From: Octopus vulgaris
Lineage: Eukaryota
Length of the DNA stretch: 64,000 nt
Direction: 5' to 3'
NCBI GenBank assembly: GCA_951406725.2
Contig: OX597831.1
Location: forward strand, 13,330,001 to 13,394,000
The notes beneath the pieces were generated by a model that worked only from the letters and a program-made list of their open reading frames with translations, was not told the DNA's origin and ran no database searches. Shown here in pieces: positions 42,867 to 56,709 of this stretch; positions within the stretch are counted from its first letter, which is position 1, and every line of letters starts with the position of its first letter. Position numbers and translations under genes: made by a program.

Positions 42867-43590
42867 ATTATTATTATTATTATTATCATTATTACTACTA
42901 CTACACAGGCATGGTTAGAAAAAAAATTAAGTGAATTAAGGAATGGCTATATATCTCTGGAATATTGCAAGAAGGAATACTAGTTAATTTGATATTATGA
43001 TTTCTAATTTAGCGATTCTTAATTCCCTTAAATGTTTTTCCAATCATGCCTGTGTAAATGCAGTGTTAATTTTTGCTGCTTCGGAGAGTTCGAACCCCTA
43101 TGCTCAGCAAAGCTGGTGTATTTAAGAAAAAACACCCTTATTATATATAATTTTTGTATATATATCTACTTGCTAATACGGCTGTTGCTTGCGGCCACAA
43201 ATATTTATATCTCTCATGAGTATTAAAGATTTTATTTATGTTTATAAATTTGTGTTCACTTAATTTCGTTTCCCTCAGTACTGCTAGGCCACTGAAACGA
43301 ACTCAGGCACTGGTTGAAGTGATAATTAAGTGTTTATTTTACGGTGGACTTAACTGAAGAGAATCGGACGTGTCTTTTGGCGCTTAATTCGAAATCATAT
43401 CAAGTTAACTGGATTTCCTTCATGCATTTTTGCAGAGATAAGACGCAGTTCCTTAATTCACTTAATTTTTTTCCAACCATGCCAGTGTAAACATAGTGTT
43501 AATTTTTTTGGCTTGGGAGAGTTTTAAATCCTATGTTCAGCAAACTGTTGATTTTTCAAAAAAGGCACCCTTATTTTATATGATTTTTAT
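42510..43590. repeat. Foldback repeat: inverted arms plus a third direct copy
   Basis: 42510-42668 is the reverse complement of about 43075-43230; 42900-42950 of about 43010-43060; 43445-43590 repeats 43010-43165. Confidence 0.7.
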
Positions 43591-43596
43591 ATGTAT

Positions 43597-44032
43597 GAGG
43601 GAAGGAGTGGCTGTACGATAATTAGCTTGCGTACCTACCACATGGTCTCGGGTTCAGTCACTCTCCGCAGCATCTTGGGCAAGTATCTTTGGTATCTTCT
43701 ACCAAAGACTTGTGAGTAGATTTGGTAGACGGAAACTGAAAGAAACCCGTTGTATATATATATACACACACACACACAGACACACATACACACTCACACA
43801 CACACACACATGCATATGTGTGTCTGTGTTTGTCACCCCACCATCGCTTGACTACCGATGTTGGTGTGTTTATTCCCGGTAACTTAGCGGTTCGGCAAAA
43901 GAGTCCGATAGAATAAGTACTAAGCTTACTAAGAATAAGTCTTGGGGGCGATTTGTCCGACTAAAGGCGCTACTCTAGCATGGCCGCAGTCAAATGACTG
44001 AAACAAATAAAATAATAAAAGAATAAAAGAAT
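43597..44032 (+). mobile_element. Full-length CORE-like bipartite tRNA-SINE with internal (TA)/(CA) microsatellite
   Basis: ggagtggctgt...gggttcagtc...cttgggcaagtatc...microsatellite...gtaacttagcggttcggcaaaagag...gcatggccgcagtcaaatgactgaaac(aataaaag)n; fragments also near 4780-5000, 20410-20720, 21340-21540, 49000-49200 and 52860-53090. Confidence 0.85.
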
Positions 44033-44042
44033 ACATATAATT

Positions 44043-44077
<35 letters not shown>

Positions 44078-44238
44078 TATATGTGTGTGTATGTGTTATG
44101 TATGTATGTATGTATGTATGTATGTATATATAATTAAAAATGGAGAAAACCTCAGATCAACAAACACATCGATTGGACAAAATTTATAGTTTATTCTTCA
44201 ATAGAAAGCATGACATAAAATATATCTGGTGAAACAAA

Positions 44239-44350
44239 TCTTACGGCCGTTTCTGCATCAGTTGCCAAACACTGTCCATAAATAATTGCGAAAATAAAAT
44301 CCTTCATCTTCCCCCGACATTCGAATTACTGCACGGAGCTTCATCAGAGA
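44239..44350 (-). ncRNA. Hammerhead-like motif with long helix II
   Basis: Minus: tct-CTGATGA(44347-44341)-about 87 nt-GAAA(44253-44250)-CGGCCG-TA-aga; palindromic helix III, GUA site, only 3 bp of helix I. Confidence 0.5.
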
Positions 44351-44906
44351 GAAAGACAAGAACATCGAAAATAAACAACGGAAGAAGGAATAGGAAAGAA
44401 AACGACCTAGAAAAGAAATCTAGAAGCCCAATATATCAAAAGCATATAATTTACCATCTAGGGGCTACGAGGTCCGTAAGTAAAAGTGTTCTACGACACT
44501 GATTAATTCTAGATTCGAAAATCTTAGCAAATACGCACGAATTTCTTTTGACGAATTGGGAGACACCTTCATCTCCGTATTAAGCATGTAGCCATCCAGA
44601 TTTTGGCTTCTTCCCCGTTAAATAATCGAATATCATATATATTCTACAAGTTCGTTCTCAGATATGTTGGCTCTTCCTATTTGTTGATTTTATGACTAAT
44701 ATTTCCCCTATTTCTTGTAATTCTCTCCTATTTTGCATGTATCATTTCATTCTTGAGTACAACCCTGTTTTTCTTTCTTTTTGTTGAAAAACTATTTAGT
44801 AAAAAAGGTTCATATTGTTGTAATAACTGACATAAGAAACCGCAGGTTTGGAATTTCCATGTATTCATTACTTTTTTACATATATTTTGATGCACACACA
44901 AACCTG

Positions 44907-44961
<55 letters not shown>

Positions 44962-45043
44962 ACAGATAACCGAAGAGATGGTGTTGTGGATTTCCACTTC
45001 GGCATCAGAAACTCAGAATCTTGACTATTGAGTAATTGTAACA

Positions 45044-45128
<85 letters not shown>

Positions 45129-45416
45129 GTATGTATGTATATATAAATGCATAGGAAGTTATATATTCAGAAAAACTTTCATGCGAAAACCTCGAATTTG
45201 TAATTTTTTCACCTGCCTTGTATTTGTTTTATGTATGTCAAATTTTCGTTGCAGATGCATAGACTAATATATTTTCACACAAAAAAACTATTATACGATA
45301 ATATTTGTAATGTGCAGACTTAGTTTTGTATTTCTACTTTGATTTAGTGATAGATACATACAAAAATACTAATTTCCCGTTTCGTTAAACAATAAATTTT
45401 GTTGTATAAGTATACA

Positions 45417-45424
45417 AGAAGAAG

Positions 45425-45456
<32 letters not shown>

Positions 45457-45484
45457 GAAGAAGGAGGAGGAGGAGGAGAAGAAG

Positions 45485-45515
<31 letters not shown>

Positions 45516-46730
45516 GGAGGAGGAGGAGAAGAAGAAGAAGAAGAAGAAGAAGAAGAAGAGGAGGAGGAGAAGAAAAAAAAGAAGAAGAAGAAGAAGAGGA
45601 GGAGAGGAAGAAGAAGAAGAAGAAGAAGAGGAGGAGGAGGAGGTGGAGAAGGAAAAGAAGAAGAAGAAGAAGAAAAAGAAGAGGAGGAGAGGAAGAAGAA
45701 GAAGAATAAGAGGAGGAGGAGGATGAAGAGGAGAAGAAAAAGAAGAAGAAGAAGAAAAAGAAGAGAAGAAGAAGAAGAAGGAGGAGGAGGAGGAGAAGAA
45801 GAAGAAGAAGAAGAAGAGGAGGAGGAGGAGGAGGAGCAGAAGTAAAAGAAGAAGAAGAAGAAGGAGGAGGAGGAGAAGAAGAAGAAGAAGAAGAAAAAGA
45901 AGAGGAGGAGAGGAAGAAAAAGAAGAGGAGGCGGAGGAGGAGAAGAAAAAGAAGAAGAAGAAGAAGAAGAAAAAGAAGAGAAGAAGAAGAAGGAGGAGGA
46001 GGAGAAGAAGAAGAAGAAGAAGAAGAAGAAGAAGAGGAGGAGAAGAAGAAAAAGAAGAAGAAGAAGGAGGAGGAGGAGGAGAAGAAGAAGAAGGAGGAGG
46101 AGGAGGAGAAGAAGAAGAAGAAGAAGAAGAAGAAGAGGAGGAGGAGAAGAAAAAGAAGAAGAAGAAGGAGGAGGAGGAGGAGAAGAAGAAGAAGGAGGAG
46201 GAGGAGGAGAAGAAGAAGAAGAAGAAGAAGAAGAGGAGGAGGAGAAGAAAAAGAAGAAGAAGAAGGAGGAGGAGGAGAAGAAGAAGAAGAAGAAGAAGAA
46301 GAAGAAGAAGAGGAGGAGGAGAAGAAAAAAGAAGAAGAAGAAGAAGAAGGAGAAGAGGAGGAGAGGAAGAAGAAGAAGAAGGAGAAGAAGAGGAGGAGAA
46401 GAAAAAAGAAGAAGAAGAAGAAGGAGAAGAGGAGGAGAGGAAGAAGAAGAAGAAAAAGAAGAGAAGAAGAGGAAGTAGGAGGAGGAGGAGGAGAAGAAGA
46501 AGAAGAAGAAGAAGAAGAGGAGGAGGAGAAGAAAAAGAAGAAGAAGAAGAAGAAGAAAAAGAAGAAGAAGAAGAAGAAGAAGGAGGAGGAGGAGGAGGAG
46601 AAGAAGAAGAAGAAGAAGAAGGAGGAGGAGGAGGAGGAGGAGAAGAAGAAGAGGAAGAAAAAGAAGAAGAAGAAGAAGAAGAAGGAGGAGGAGGAGGAGG
46701 AGAAGAAGAAGAAGAAGAAGAAGAAGAAGG
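45417..46730. repeat. 1.3-kb (GAA)n/(GGA)n homopurine tract
   Basis: Almost pyrimidine-free plus strand; explains the 471-aa and 454-aa spurious ORFs. Confidence 0.95.
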
Positions 46731-48289
46731 CACTTTGACAACAGGTGTTTCAGCTGCATTTTATTGATGAATTCTTAAATTACTCCAAGTCAAAAATCTG
46801 CTCGGTTCAGGTGATTTGGAGCAAAGAAACAGAGCGGTAGGAGAGGAAATTTAAGGCGAACATCTCAGCACGTAACGTAACGTAAGGAAGCAAGCAACGA
46901 AGCTTTTATACTATTGTAACAATTGTCATATCTATTTCCACAACATTGGTTCATTATTTTTGAAGATTGCCTATATTCATGTGCGAGAAAATGGATTGAG
47001 TTCATTGCACACCTTGTACCCTGTATATTTTGTTGTCGTACACTAGGAGCACCAAATCATCTTCTAGTGTTGTCTTCTGATTTAAGCTTTTCTCATCTGG
47101 TCTTCATACTTTTTTTTCTTCCTCTTCGTGCTTTATTCCTTTCTCAACGTTCTTCTTGTTTTCTGTTGATGTTTTTGCGTTGCATTTCCTGATTTCCCTC
47201 TATTATCACGTTTTATCCTCTTTTTACCATGTTTCATGTTCACTCTTCGTATTTGTTAGCTTTTTACTACCACACGTATTCTGCACGTTTGTTCTCAGAT
47301 TTGTTTCTCTTCTTATTTGTTAATTTTATGATTCATATTTTCCCCTTTTCTTGATCTTCTTCTCCAATACTTCGCACGTATCATTTCATTGTTTCGATTT
47401 CGGCTTCAACACCGAATTCGTTCCATAGAGTACAGCGTTTAAATGTAAAGCTGCAATAAAATTTTAATTGCAAAAAACAAAAAAAAAGAAGAATGCAAGA
47501 GTTTAAAAAAATAATGAATAAAATTATATAAAAAAACGCAAGAGACTCGAATACATTCCTTACTGACTGACTGTTTGCTCTCTTACCAATGCAACAAAGT
47601 TAAACGTTTCCTTTGCAACAGAAAACACATACAAAGGGAAAGACAGAAATAGAGAGAGAAATAGAGAGAGGCATAAAGAGAGAGAGAGAGAGAGAAGAAA
47701 AAGAGTAACATTCCCTCCCCCGCTGCAAACTTCATTACCTGGGTCAGTTACACGAAAAGTTCAACAGTTGAAATGTTTCGTTATATAAAGCAACCGCAGA
47801 TAACTAACCGTTTTGCATTAACCCTTTCATTTCACGCCATACAAATCGATTGCCTATATTCATCTCAGCTTCAATTTCCTGTCGATAGGACGTTCTTTAA
47901 AATATATTGGTTCAATCATTTTTGATTGATCTGTTTGAGCCTTTTCTTTTTTTCTTTTTTCCTTTTTACCAGCACATTTTGTCGATTTCTGAAAATAATT
48001 TTATCATAATAGTAACAAGGCCTCAGGCATGTTGATGCAGCGATGGTGGTGACGGTGATTGTGGTGATGAAGGTGCTGACTGCGCTATGGTCAGTTAATT
48101 CAATTAGCTCTGTTACACAATTTATACTTAATTAATCGAATGACCCCTAAAGTGAAGAAAAGTAGCATTTGATCTCCTATGAGGTTTGAGCTAACAATAT
48201 ATAAGAATGGAACTAATTCCTACAAATAGTTACCATCCACTTTTTGTCATATCTGCTCAGCCTTCATAGCTCGGGCAGTATTGATCGTA

Positions 48290-48694
48290 ATAATGGTTTC
48301 AAATATTGCTTCAAGGGAAGCCATTTTGCGAGGAGGTGCTGAGTCAATTATACCGATACCAAGGTTTCACTGGTACTTGATTTATCGCCCCTCGAAAGGA
48401 TGAACGGCAAAGTCGACCACGGAGGAATTTGAACTCAGAACGTAACGGCAGACGAAATACCTGTTTCTTTATTACCCACAAGGGGCTAAACACAGAGAGG
48501 ACGAACAAGGACAGACAAACGGATTAAGTCGATTATATCGACCCCAATGCGTAACTAGTACTTAATTTATCGACCCCCGAAAGGATGAAAGGCAAAGTCG
48601 ACCTCGGCGGAATTTGAACTCGGAACGTAGCGGCAGACGAAATTCCGCTAGGCATTGGCAAGGCGTGCTAACATTTCTGCTAGGTACCCGCCTT
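48290..48694 (-). mobile_element. Dimeric tRNA-SINE, dominant family
   Basis: Two aaaggatgaa(a/c)ggcaaagtcgacc...ggaatttgaactc units with the same linker as 33190-33522. Confidence 0.85.
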
Positions 48695-49642
48695 ATATGA
48701 AGAAAAAAAAAAATAGTAATAATAATAATAATAATGATTCTTCCTTCTACATGTACAATGTTTGAAATGTTGGGAAAGAAGGATAGTCAATAACACCAAC
48801 GCCAGTGTTTGACTGGTGGTTGTTTTATCCACCCCACAAAGGGATGGAAGACAAAGATGAGCCCTGTGTGAAATGAACTCAAAACGTCTTAAATATTGGC
48901 TTCAGATTTTGGCGCAAGGCCATCAATTTTGGAGGCCATATTGGCTTACCACCTTCAATTCTTAGTCGCATGGATCATCCCCAGTACCAAGCGATGGAGG
49001 AGGACGAACACAGAAATAAAGATACGCACACACATAGATACACAAATATATATACGTATGACGGGATTCTTTCAGTTTCTTCCTACAAAATCCACTAACA
49101 AGGCTTTGATCGCCCCGATAATATATATTAGAAGACACTTGCCGAGGGTGGACACAGTGGGACTGAAAACAGTACCATGTGATTAGGAGGCAAAATTCTT
49201 ATGTATCTATGTTGCATGTACGACCGACTTCTACACAGTTTCCGTCATCCAAATCAACACGCGAAGCTTTAGTTAGCCCGGGGTTACAGTAGAGGCCACT
49301 TGCCAAGCTGCAACGCATTGGGACAAAATCCGAAACTTCATGGCTGCATAGCAGTTATTTTAAACCAAACAGCCCTACCTGCGCCTATGTATAATGCCTC
49401 AGCCACCTCATGTCATTTGGTCAATGAGAGACCCAGTCTTCCTCTCGACAAAGTATATAGATATATCTCTTTATTACTTCATAAATATTCATTTTAAAGA
49501 AGGTCAATTTCAGTCTGAAGAGTTCCGTTCATATAATAGAAGATACTTGTAAATATAGCTTAATTAGGCCTATAGAAATTGAGAAGAAAATATCAGACTG
49601 AAAGATAGACACAAAGAGATAATGAGAAACACAACAGAGAAT

Positions 49643-49680
<38 letters not shown>

Positions 49681-50312
49681 TAGACAGAGAAAGAGAGAGA
49701 GAGATGTATATGCTTATATATGCGTACAAAAATGCATCCACATATACACAACATATATATACTTACGTACAAGCACGCATATACACACATACAAATATGT
49801 CCACACACTCACACATGCACACACATATATGGATCTGCAGCCATATATATATATGTATATGTATGATTATGTCTGCGTGGGTATGTGTTCTGTATTTAGT
49901 GCAAAACGTTATGAATGAAAGAATGTTTGCCTAACTCGTCATTGTTCTTTCCTTTAGGAGTGAATATCAAATAATATTACGCTACGACCTCAATAGTTAA
50001 ACCAGCAGACAATTCCATGTGTCCTGCTATTATTTCTAATCTTGTGGTCTGTATGATACACTACTGTAGGAATTCGTCCTCACTAACAACCATAATAGTC
50101 CGTTTAGTGTTAACCTATTAAAAACAGGAAATGTTAAAACTTAACCTGATGCAATATATTTCGTGAAGCAAAAAGTGCGATATGAAGAGATTACTAACGC
50201 CATTTTGTTTCTCCGTCAGGCGACGGAGTGTTTTTTTGTGGTAAGAAGTTTGCTTTCCACCATATGCTTCTAGGTTCAGTCCCTCAGCGTGGAATCTAGG
50301 CCAACTGTCTTT

Positions 50313-50441
<129 letters not shown>

Positions 50442-50522
50442 TATATATATACATGCATGCATACATACATACATACATACATACATACATACTATGATTA
50501 TTAATACATATATACATATATA

Positions 50523-50700
50523 TCTATTATATAAAATCCGTTCTGTCTGTGTGAGTGTGTGTCTCCAAGGATCTCGGCCATCCTCCATCCGATTACGCTC
50601 AAATTTGATATGCAGATACCGACGGTATCAGGGCGTGTATAAGTCTTAAATAATTCCAAAAATCGTTTCCAGGTGAGAATGCGATCGATAAAGCCGTAGG
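50523..50700 (+). mobile_element. Helitron-like 5' end, copy 1
   Basis: a|TCtattatataaaatccgttctgtctgt...ccgattacgctcaaatttg; repeated 500 bp downstream. Confidence 0.55.
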
Positions 50701-50821
50701 AACGTGCATTTGTAAAATTGTTTTCTTGGAATAGGAAAAGCGTCTATCTTTATTTCTTCTTTTGCTGGTGTCTGAAATTTAAGTTATCAGTGTTTCTCAT
50801 ATGGGACGGTCGGATTGTTTT

Positions 50822-50919
<98 letters not shown>

Positions 50920-50992
50920 TAAATAAATAGTACATATTTACTGGAAAATAACAATTGTAATAAATACATACATACATACATACATACATACA

Positions 50993-51022
<30 letters not shown>

Positions 51023-51023
<1 letters not shown>

Positions 51024-51200
51024 CTATTATATAAAATCCGTTCTGTCTGTATGTGTGTGCTGCATTCTAGATATCTCGGCCACCCTCCATCCGATTGCTC
51101 TCAAATTTGATATGTAGATACCGACGGTATCAGGGCATTTAGAAGTCTTGAAAAATTACAAAAATCGATTCCAGGTGAGAATGCGGTCAGAGAAAGGCTC
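51023..51200 (+). mobile_element. Helitron-like 5' end, copy 2
   Basis: Same 5'-TC start and about 165 bp of homology with 50523-50685. Confidence 0.55.
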
Positions 51201-51314
51201 TGGAAGGGTGCGACCTTGAGAAAAACGTATTTTCAAAATCTGCGACCCGAGGAGAAAAATAAAATTTTCAGCGAGAAACAGCTCAACATTGAGACCACCA
51301 TATTTCTCTCTCTA

Positions 51315-51413
<99 letters not shown>

Positions 51414-52099
51414 ACCTGTATCTATCTCACTCCCTCTGTCTTTTATGCCTTTCTCTTCTCTCAGTATATTTACCACACTTTTATCACTCTATCTCTGTAT
51501 ATGTATATCACACACGCAAGCAGCTTTTCCTATTTCTCTTAAGATAATATATAATGCAATATCAAGAGCGTCTGTCTGTCTTAATGTTAATTATTTACAT
51601 ACTTGTTCGACCGTTTCACTTGACTTCGTTCATTAAAACTTATTAAAATTTCTTAAAATTTTTTACAACCTTTGTCGTTATAATGTTTTGTTTTCATTTT
51701 CTTTAAAACTTCGTGGACGTAATGATTTTGTTTTAATTTTGTGACAGACAGCTATCACGCAGAAAATGCTAGCATTACAAATCGTGTTCTCTAAATTGGG
51801 TAAACGTTATCAAACAGAAACATTCATCTGGAAGTTTTATGGAATAAGTGAATCACAGAATTGGATTCAGCATCAAAAATGACATCGATATTGAAAATCT
51901 GAAAATTTTCAGCAACAGAAAAGATTCTTCTGTCTATCAGTCTAATTCATCGGAAACTTTCCTCCTCTCTCTCTATATTAACTACACTCTTTCAGTCTTC
52001 CTCCTAATAAATATATCACTGACGCTGAATGTGTGTATGTTTGCATGTTTGTGTGTATGTGTATTATGCTTAAACACACACACTCATATATATATAAAG

Positions 52100-52401
52100 T
52101 CACCTTTTTTTTCTCGAGCCATGCCTGGCTCACAAAGGCCGATTTCCCTGTTTCTGTGGCGTAAGGGTTCCCCACCGGGACGGGACGCCGGTCCATCGCA
52201 GGTGAGCTGCAAGATGCAGGAGGAAAGAGTGAGAGAAAGTTGTGGCGAAAGAGTCAGCGGAAGTTCGCAATTTCCTTCTGCCGGAGCTGCGTGGAGATTA
52301 GGTGTTTCGCTCATAAACACACACATCACCCGGTATGAGATTCGAACCCGCGATCGCTCGACCGCGTGTCCGCTGCCCTAGCAACCAGGCCATGTGCCTC
52401 C
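52100..52401 (-). mobile_element. Full-length tRNA-SINE
   Basis: Minus head ggaggcacatggcctggttgctagggcagcggac...cgggttcgaatctc; tail related to 1-156. Confidence 0.85.
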
Positions 52402-53544
52402 GCATATAGCCACCTTAATATTTATAAATCTCATTTCACCATTTTCGAAATCATTCAATGTTTCCTACGGTGTTCTCTAAAAGACTGACAAGGTGACTTA
52501 AATTCTTCAACCCTCAGCGACCCGGGTAATGGGTCACAGATGAAGATTAATCAAGTCTGAAATCAGCGCTGATGTGACTCCATGTCGCTTGCCGTAGGGA
52601 GGGAGATTGTCTCTTTTGTCAGTCGTTAGAAACGTGCTCTCGCGTGGCTAAAAGTTGTTCTGACTCTTATTTCTAGCAATGCTGGTGCAGGCAAGCACTC
52701 TACATCCATTTAGTGACGACTGTACTTGTTGCCCTTCGGTTGTAAATTGCGAATAGCCAACTTAATAATTTATATACATATATATGTATGTGTGTGTGCG
52801 TGTGTGTATGTGTGTGTGTGTGTGTGTCTGTGTATGTATGTATGTGTGTGTGTGTCTGTCTGTCTCTTTTTGCCTCAATTTGTCACCTCACCGGCGCTTA
52901 GCAACAGGTATTCCTTTGTGTATAACTGCAAGTTACCTGTCCGACAAACAGACCGACAGATAAAGTTCTAGTCCTTAAAAAGTCGTCAGTATTGGTGTCG
53001 ATTTATTTGACTAAGACCCTTCAAGCGGGGTCTTACCCAGCTAAAATCCCCAGCATGGTCGCAAATAAATGACTGAAACTTGTAAAAATTAGAAGATTAT
53101 GAATGTGTTCTATAGTATTTCGGTACTGACCCGCCCTACTTTGAGAGTTTCATTAGTACCGTCTCACGTAGTTTTGTCAACCCGCCTATCATTATATTAT
53201 GTATTGAGAGTATTTTATTTATTTGCTTTTCAAACACCACATATCTTAGCTGTTTACACTTTCACAGATTTTCCTGTTGTATCAATGATATCATTTTAAT
53301 CAGGCGCAATTGAATGTCTTCCTTCAGTTACCTACTTTATGTCGTATCTGTAATACTTGACACACGAATATATGGCTTCGGAGGACAAAGATCTATCTCG
53401 GAATATTCAAACACGCCGACCAACCAATCCCGTCAGTTATTTTCTTTTCACATTTCCTTTTGTTATTATCATGTTCAGTCAATATCGTAGGTAAAATTTT
53501 ATGATTTTTCTTAGACGTTCGTAAGTATTTTAGTGTTGTTGTTG

Positions 53545-53549
53545 CTATG

Positions 53550-53626
<77 letters not shown>

Positions 53627-53852
53627 TATTATTATTATTATTATTAGAAGAAGAAGAAGAAGAAAAAAGAAGGAGAAGAAAAGAAGAACAAGGAGGAGAA
53701 GAAGAAGAAGAAGGAGGAGGAGGAGGAGGAGGAGAAGAAGAAGGAGGAGGAGAAGGAGGAGAAGAAGAAGAAGAAGAAGAAGAAGAAGAAGAAGAAGAAG
53801 AAGAAGAAGAAGAAGAAGAAGAAGAAGAAGAAGAAGAAGAAGAAGAAGAAGA
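53545..53852. repeat. (AAT)n + (GAA/GGA)n compound microsatellite
   Basis: Directly visible. Confidence 0.95.
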
Positions 53853-54038
53853 ATCATTTCTACTACAGCCACAAGTTGTGGAATTCATGGGGATGAGGCA
53901 AGCCGATTACTTCGACCCTAGTGATCATCTGGTACTTATTTTATCGACCTCGAGAGAGTAAAATGCAACGTCGAACCCGGCGCAATTTGAACTCAGAACG
54001 AACGACGGACGAAAAACTGGTAAGCATTTTGCCCGGTG

Positions 54039-54382
54039 TGCCATCAAAGTGACACTGCAGTACAAATATACGAAGCTTAGTATACGCATCATCACTATAC
54101 ATCCGGCAAGGGCCCACCAGTCACACGCACTGCAATCATGTGTGCGTGATGTGCCGATCTGATAGCAAGATAAACAGCGAATGTCCTTGCAGGTGGAAAT
54201 AGGTTAGAATTGTTTTTCAGGTCGAGTAGCCGCTCCCGCTCAAAAGGTCCCTCAACAAGAGTTACTTAAGGATGCTAAACGAAATACCCATTCTCCAGGG
54301 GGTGAATTATTCAAACTTTAAAGAATCCCTTTGAACACATGGCTATGATGATACTCCACTACTGCTGTTTGGGATCATAGAT
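54039..54382 (-). mobile_element. Diverged partial copy of the (TAA)n-associated 520-bp repeat
   Basis: tgccatcaaagtgacactg...ccgctcaaaaggtccc...acacatggctatgatg. Confidence 0.75.
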
Positions 54383-54392
54383 TCTTCTTCTT

Positions 54393-54469
<77 letters not shown>

Positions 54470-54533
54470 TTATTATTATTATTATTATTCCTCTTCTTCC
54501 TTCTTCTTCTGCTTCCTTCTTCTTCTTCTTCTT

Positions 54534-54608
<75 letters not shown>

Positions 54609-54725
54609 GCTAAACTGGCAATATGACCATTCCGAAATATAACAATATCTGTTTCAACACACGACTTCACATCATAAAAAATCTTGCACAACAAATATTT
54701 AAACGTATTATTATTATTATTATTA

Positions 54726-54769
<44 letters not shown>

Positions 54770-54781
54770 ATTATTATTATT

Positions 54782-55016
54782 CAGTAGTTTTCTTTTTATA
54801 GCGTGCTTTCACTTCACTACCGAACGCAGCTCTGTGTGCCTTAGGTATGTGCTGTGATTTATTGTGATGCTCTGATGGTTATTGTATGGAAAGTGTTCTG
54901 CGTAGGATGTGTGCAGTGCCTAGTAGTGCAATTTTCTGTATGTTATATGTGTTTGTAAGTCCTGGTGTTTTTGTTATGTATTTGTCTGAATATTTTTTTA
55001 TCATGCCTAATGCGCC

Positions 55017-55018
<2 letters not shown>
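54782..55018 (-). mobile_element. Short 3' end of the R4/Dong-like LINE inside (TAA)n
   Basis: Minus translation GALGMIKKYSDKYITKTPGLTNTYNIQKIALLGTAHILRRTLSIQ*; same 3' terminus as the copy at 10780. Confidence 0.85.
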
Positions 55019-55698
<680 letters not shown>

Positions 55699-56675
55699 CA
55701 TTATTATCATTATTATGGGCGCATCCAAACGATGTGATTTAATCGCTCAGGTAAATTTGGACATTTATCAATTCTAGCAACGAATGTGCAAACCGGGGAT
55801 TAACCTTTGGTAACGCTACTAGAACCAGGGGAATGTTATCTACGGTTCAACTGGCTGAAATAGCAACTGAATGATAGTAGTAAGTAGCAAAAACAAGTGC
55901 GCTTTTGCCTGGAGCCACCAAACAGATATCACCTTGTCTTCGATCATAAAAGCTGAAAAGTTAGACGGAGGACTAGAAAACAAAGAACCAACTTCTCAAA
56001 TATGTCTCTCCCGACGCCATAAAGGGAAAATTTTGCTGACGTAGAAACGAGGAGAGACTTGGAAGCTATTGAAGATCATAATAAGATAATAATATTCCCT
56101 TTTAGGGGAATAATGTTCACTGGTAACTATATATTCTAAAAGAATTTCACTAGTCTTCGCGACAGTGTCATTGCAAAGTGGATTCATAAAACATACACTT
56201 TGTAAATAACACATAAGAATGTTTACTTAACCGACGATATACTCGTTGTGAGATGGCACGTTACTAATGGCAACGACAAGTTGTGCGTAAAGGAAGGGCC
56301 TTCGAAATTTCAAACGATTCTAAAAACCGAATCAAAACATAGTGTGGTGTAAATCATATTTATGGTGACAATGCAACAAGTGTTTTAAATATTGCTTAAA
56401 TTAAAAAAACAAAATCATTGTTATTATTAAGACGGCGAACTAGTAGAATCGTTAGCACCTCGGATAAAATGCTTAGCGGCATTTCGTCCGTATTTACATT
56501 TTTATTTCAAATTCTGCTGTGGTTGACTTTGCCTTTCATTCTTTCAGAGTAGATAAAATAAGTACCAGTTGAGCAATGGGCTCAGTATAATCGACGTAAT
56601 CACCCTGTTGAACTTGCCAGCCTCGTACCAAAATTTTAAACCATTATTATTGGTGGTGGTGGTGGTAGTGGTAGT

Positions 56676-56709
<34 letters not shown>

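Noticed and set aside
44961-45040. CCGAAGA-gatg...catc-a-GAAACTCA...TGAGTA hammerhead-like fold
   Set aside because: Helices II and III are plausible, but U4C, an extra base before GAAA and no helix I; counted only as a decayed remnant
45344-46759. Longest ORFs (471 aa and 454 aa)
   Set aside because: Translations of the (GAA/GGA)n tract giving homopolymeric L/S/F/P runs with no domain
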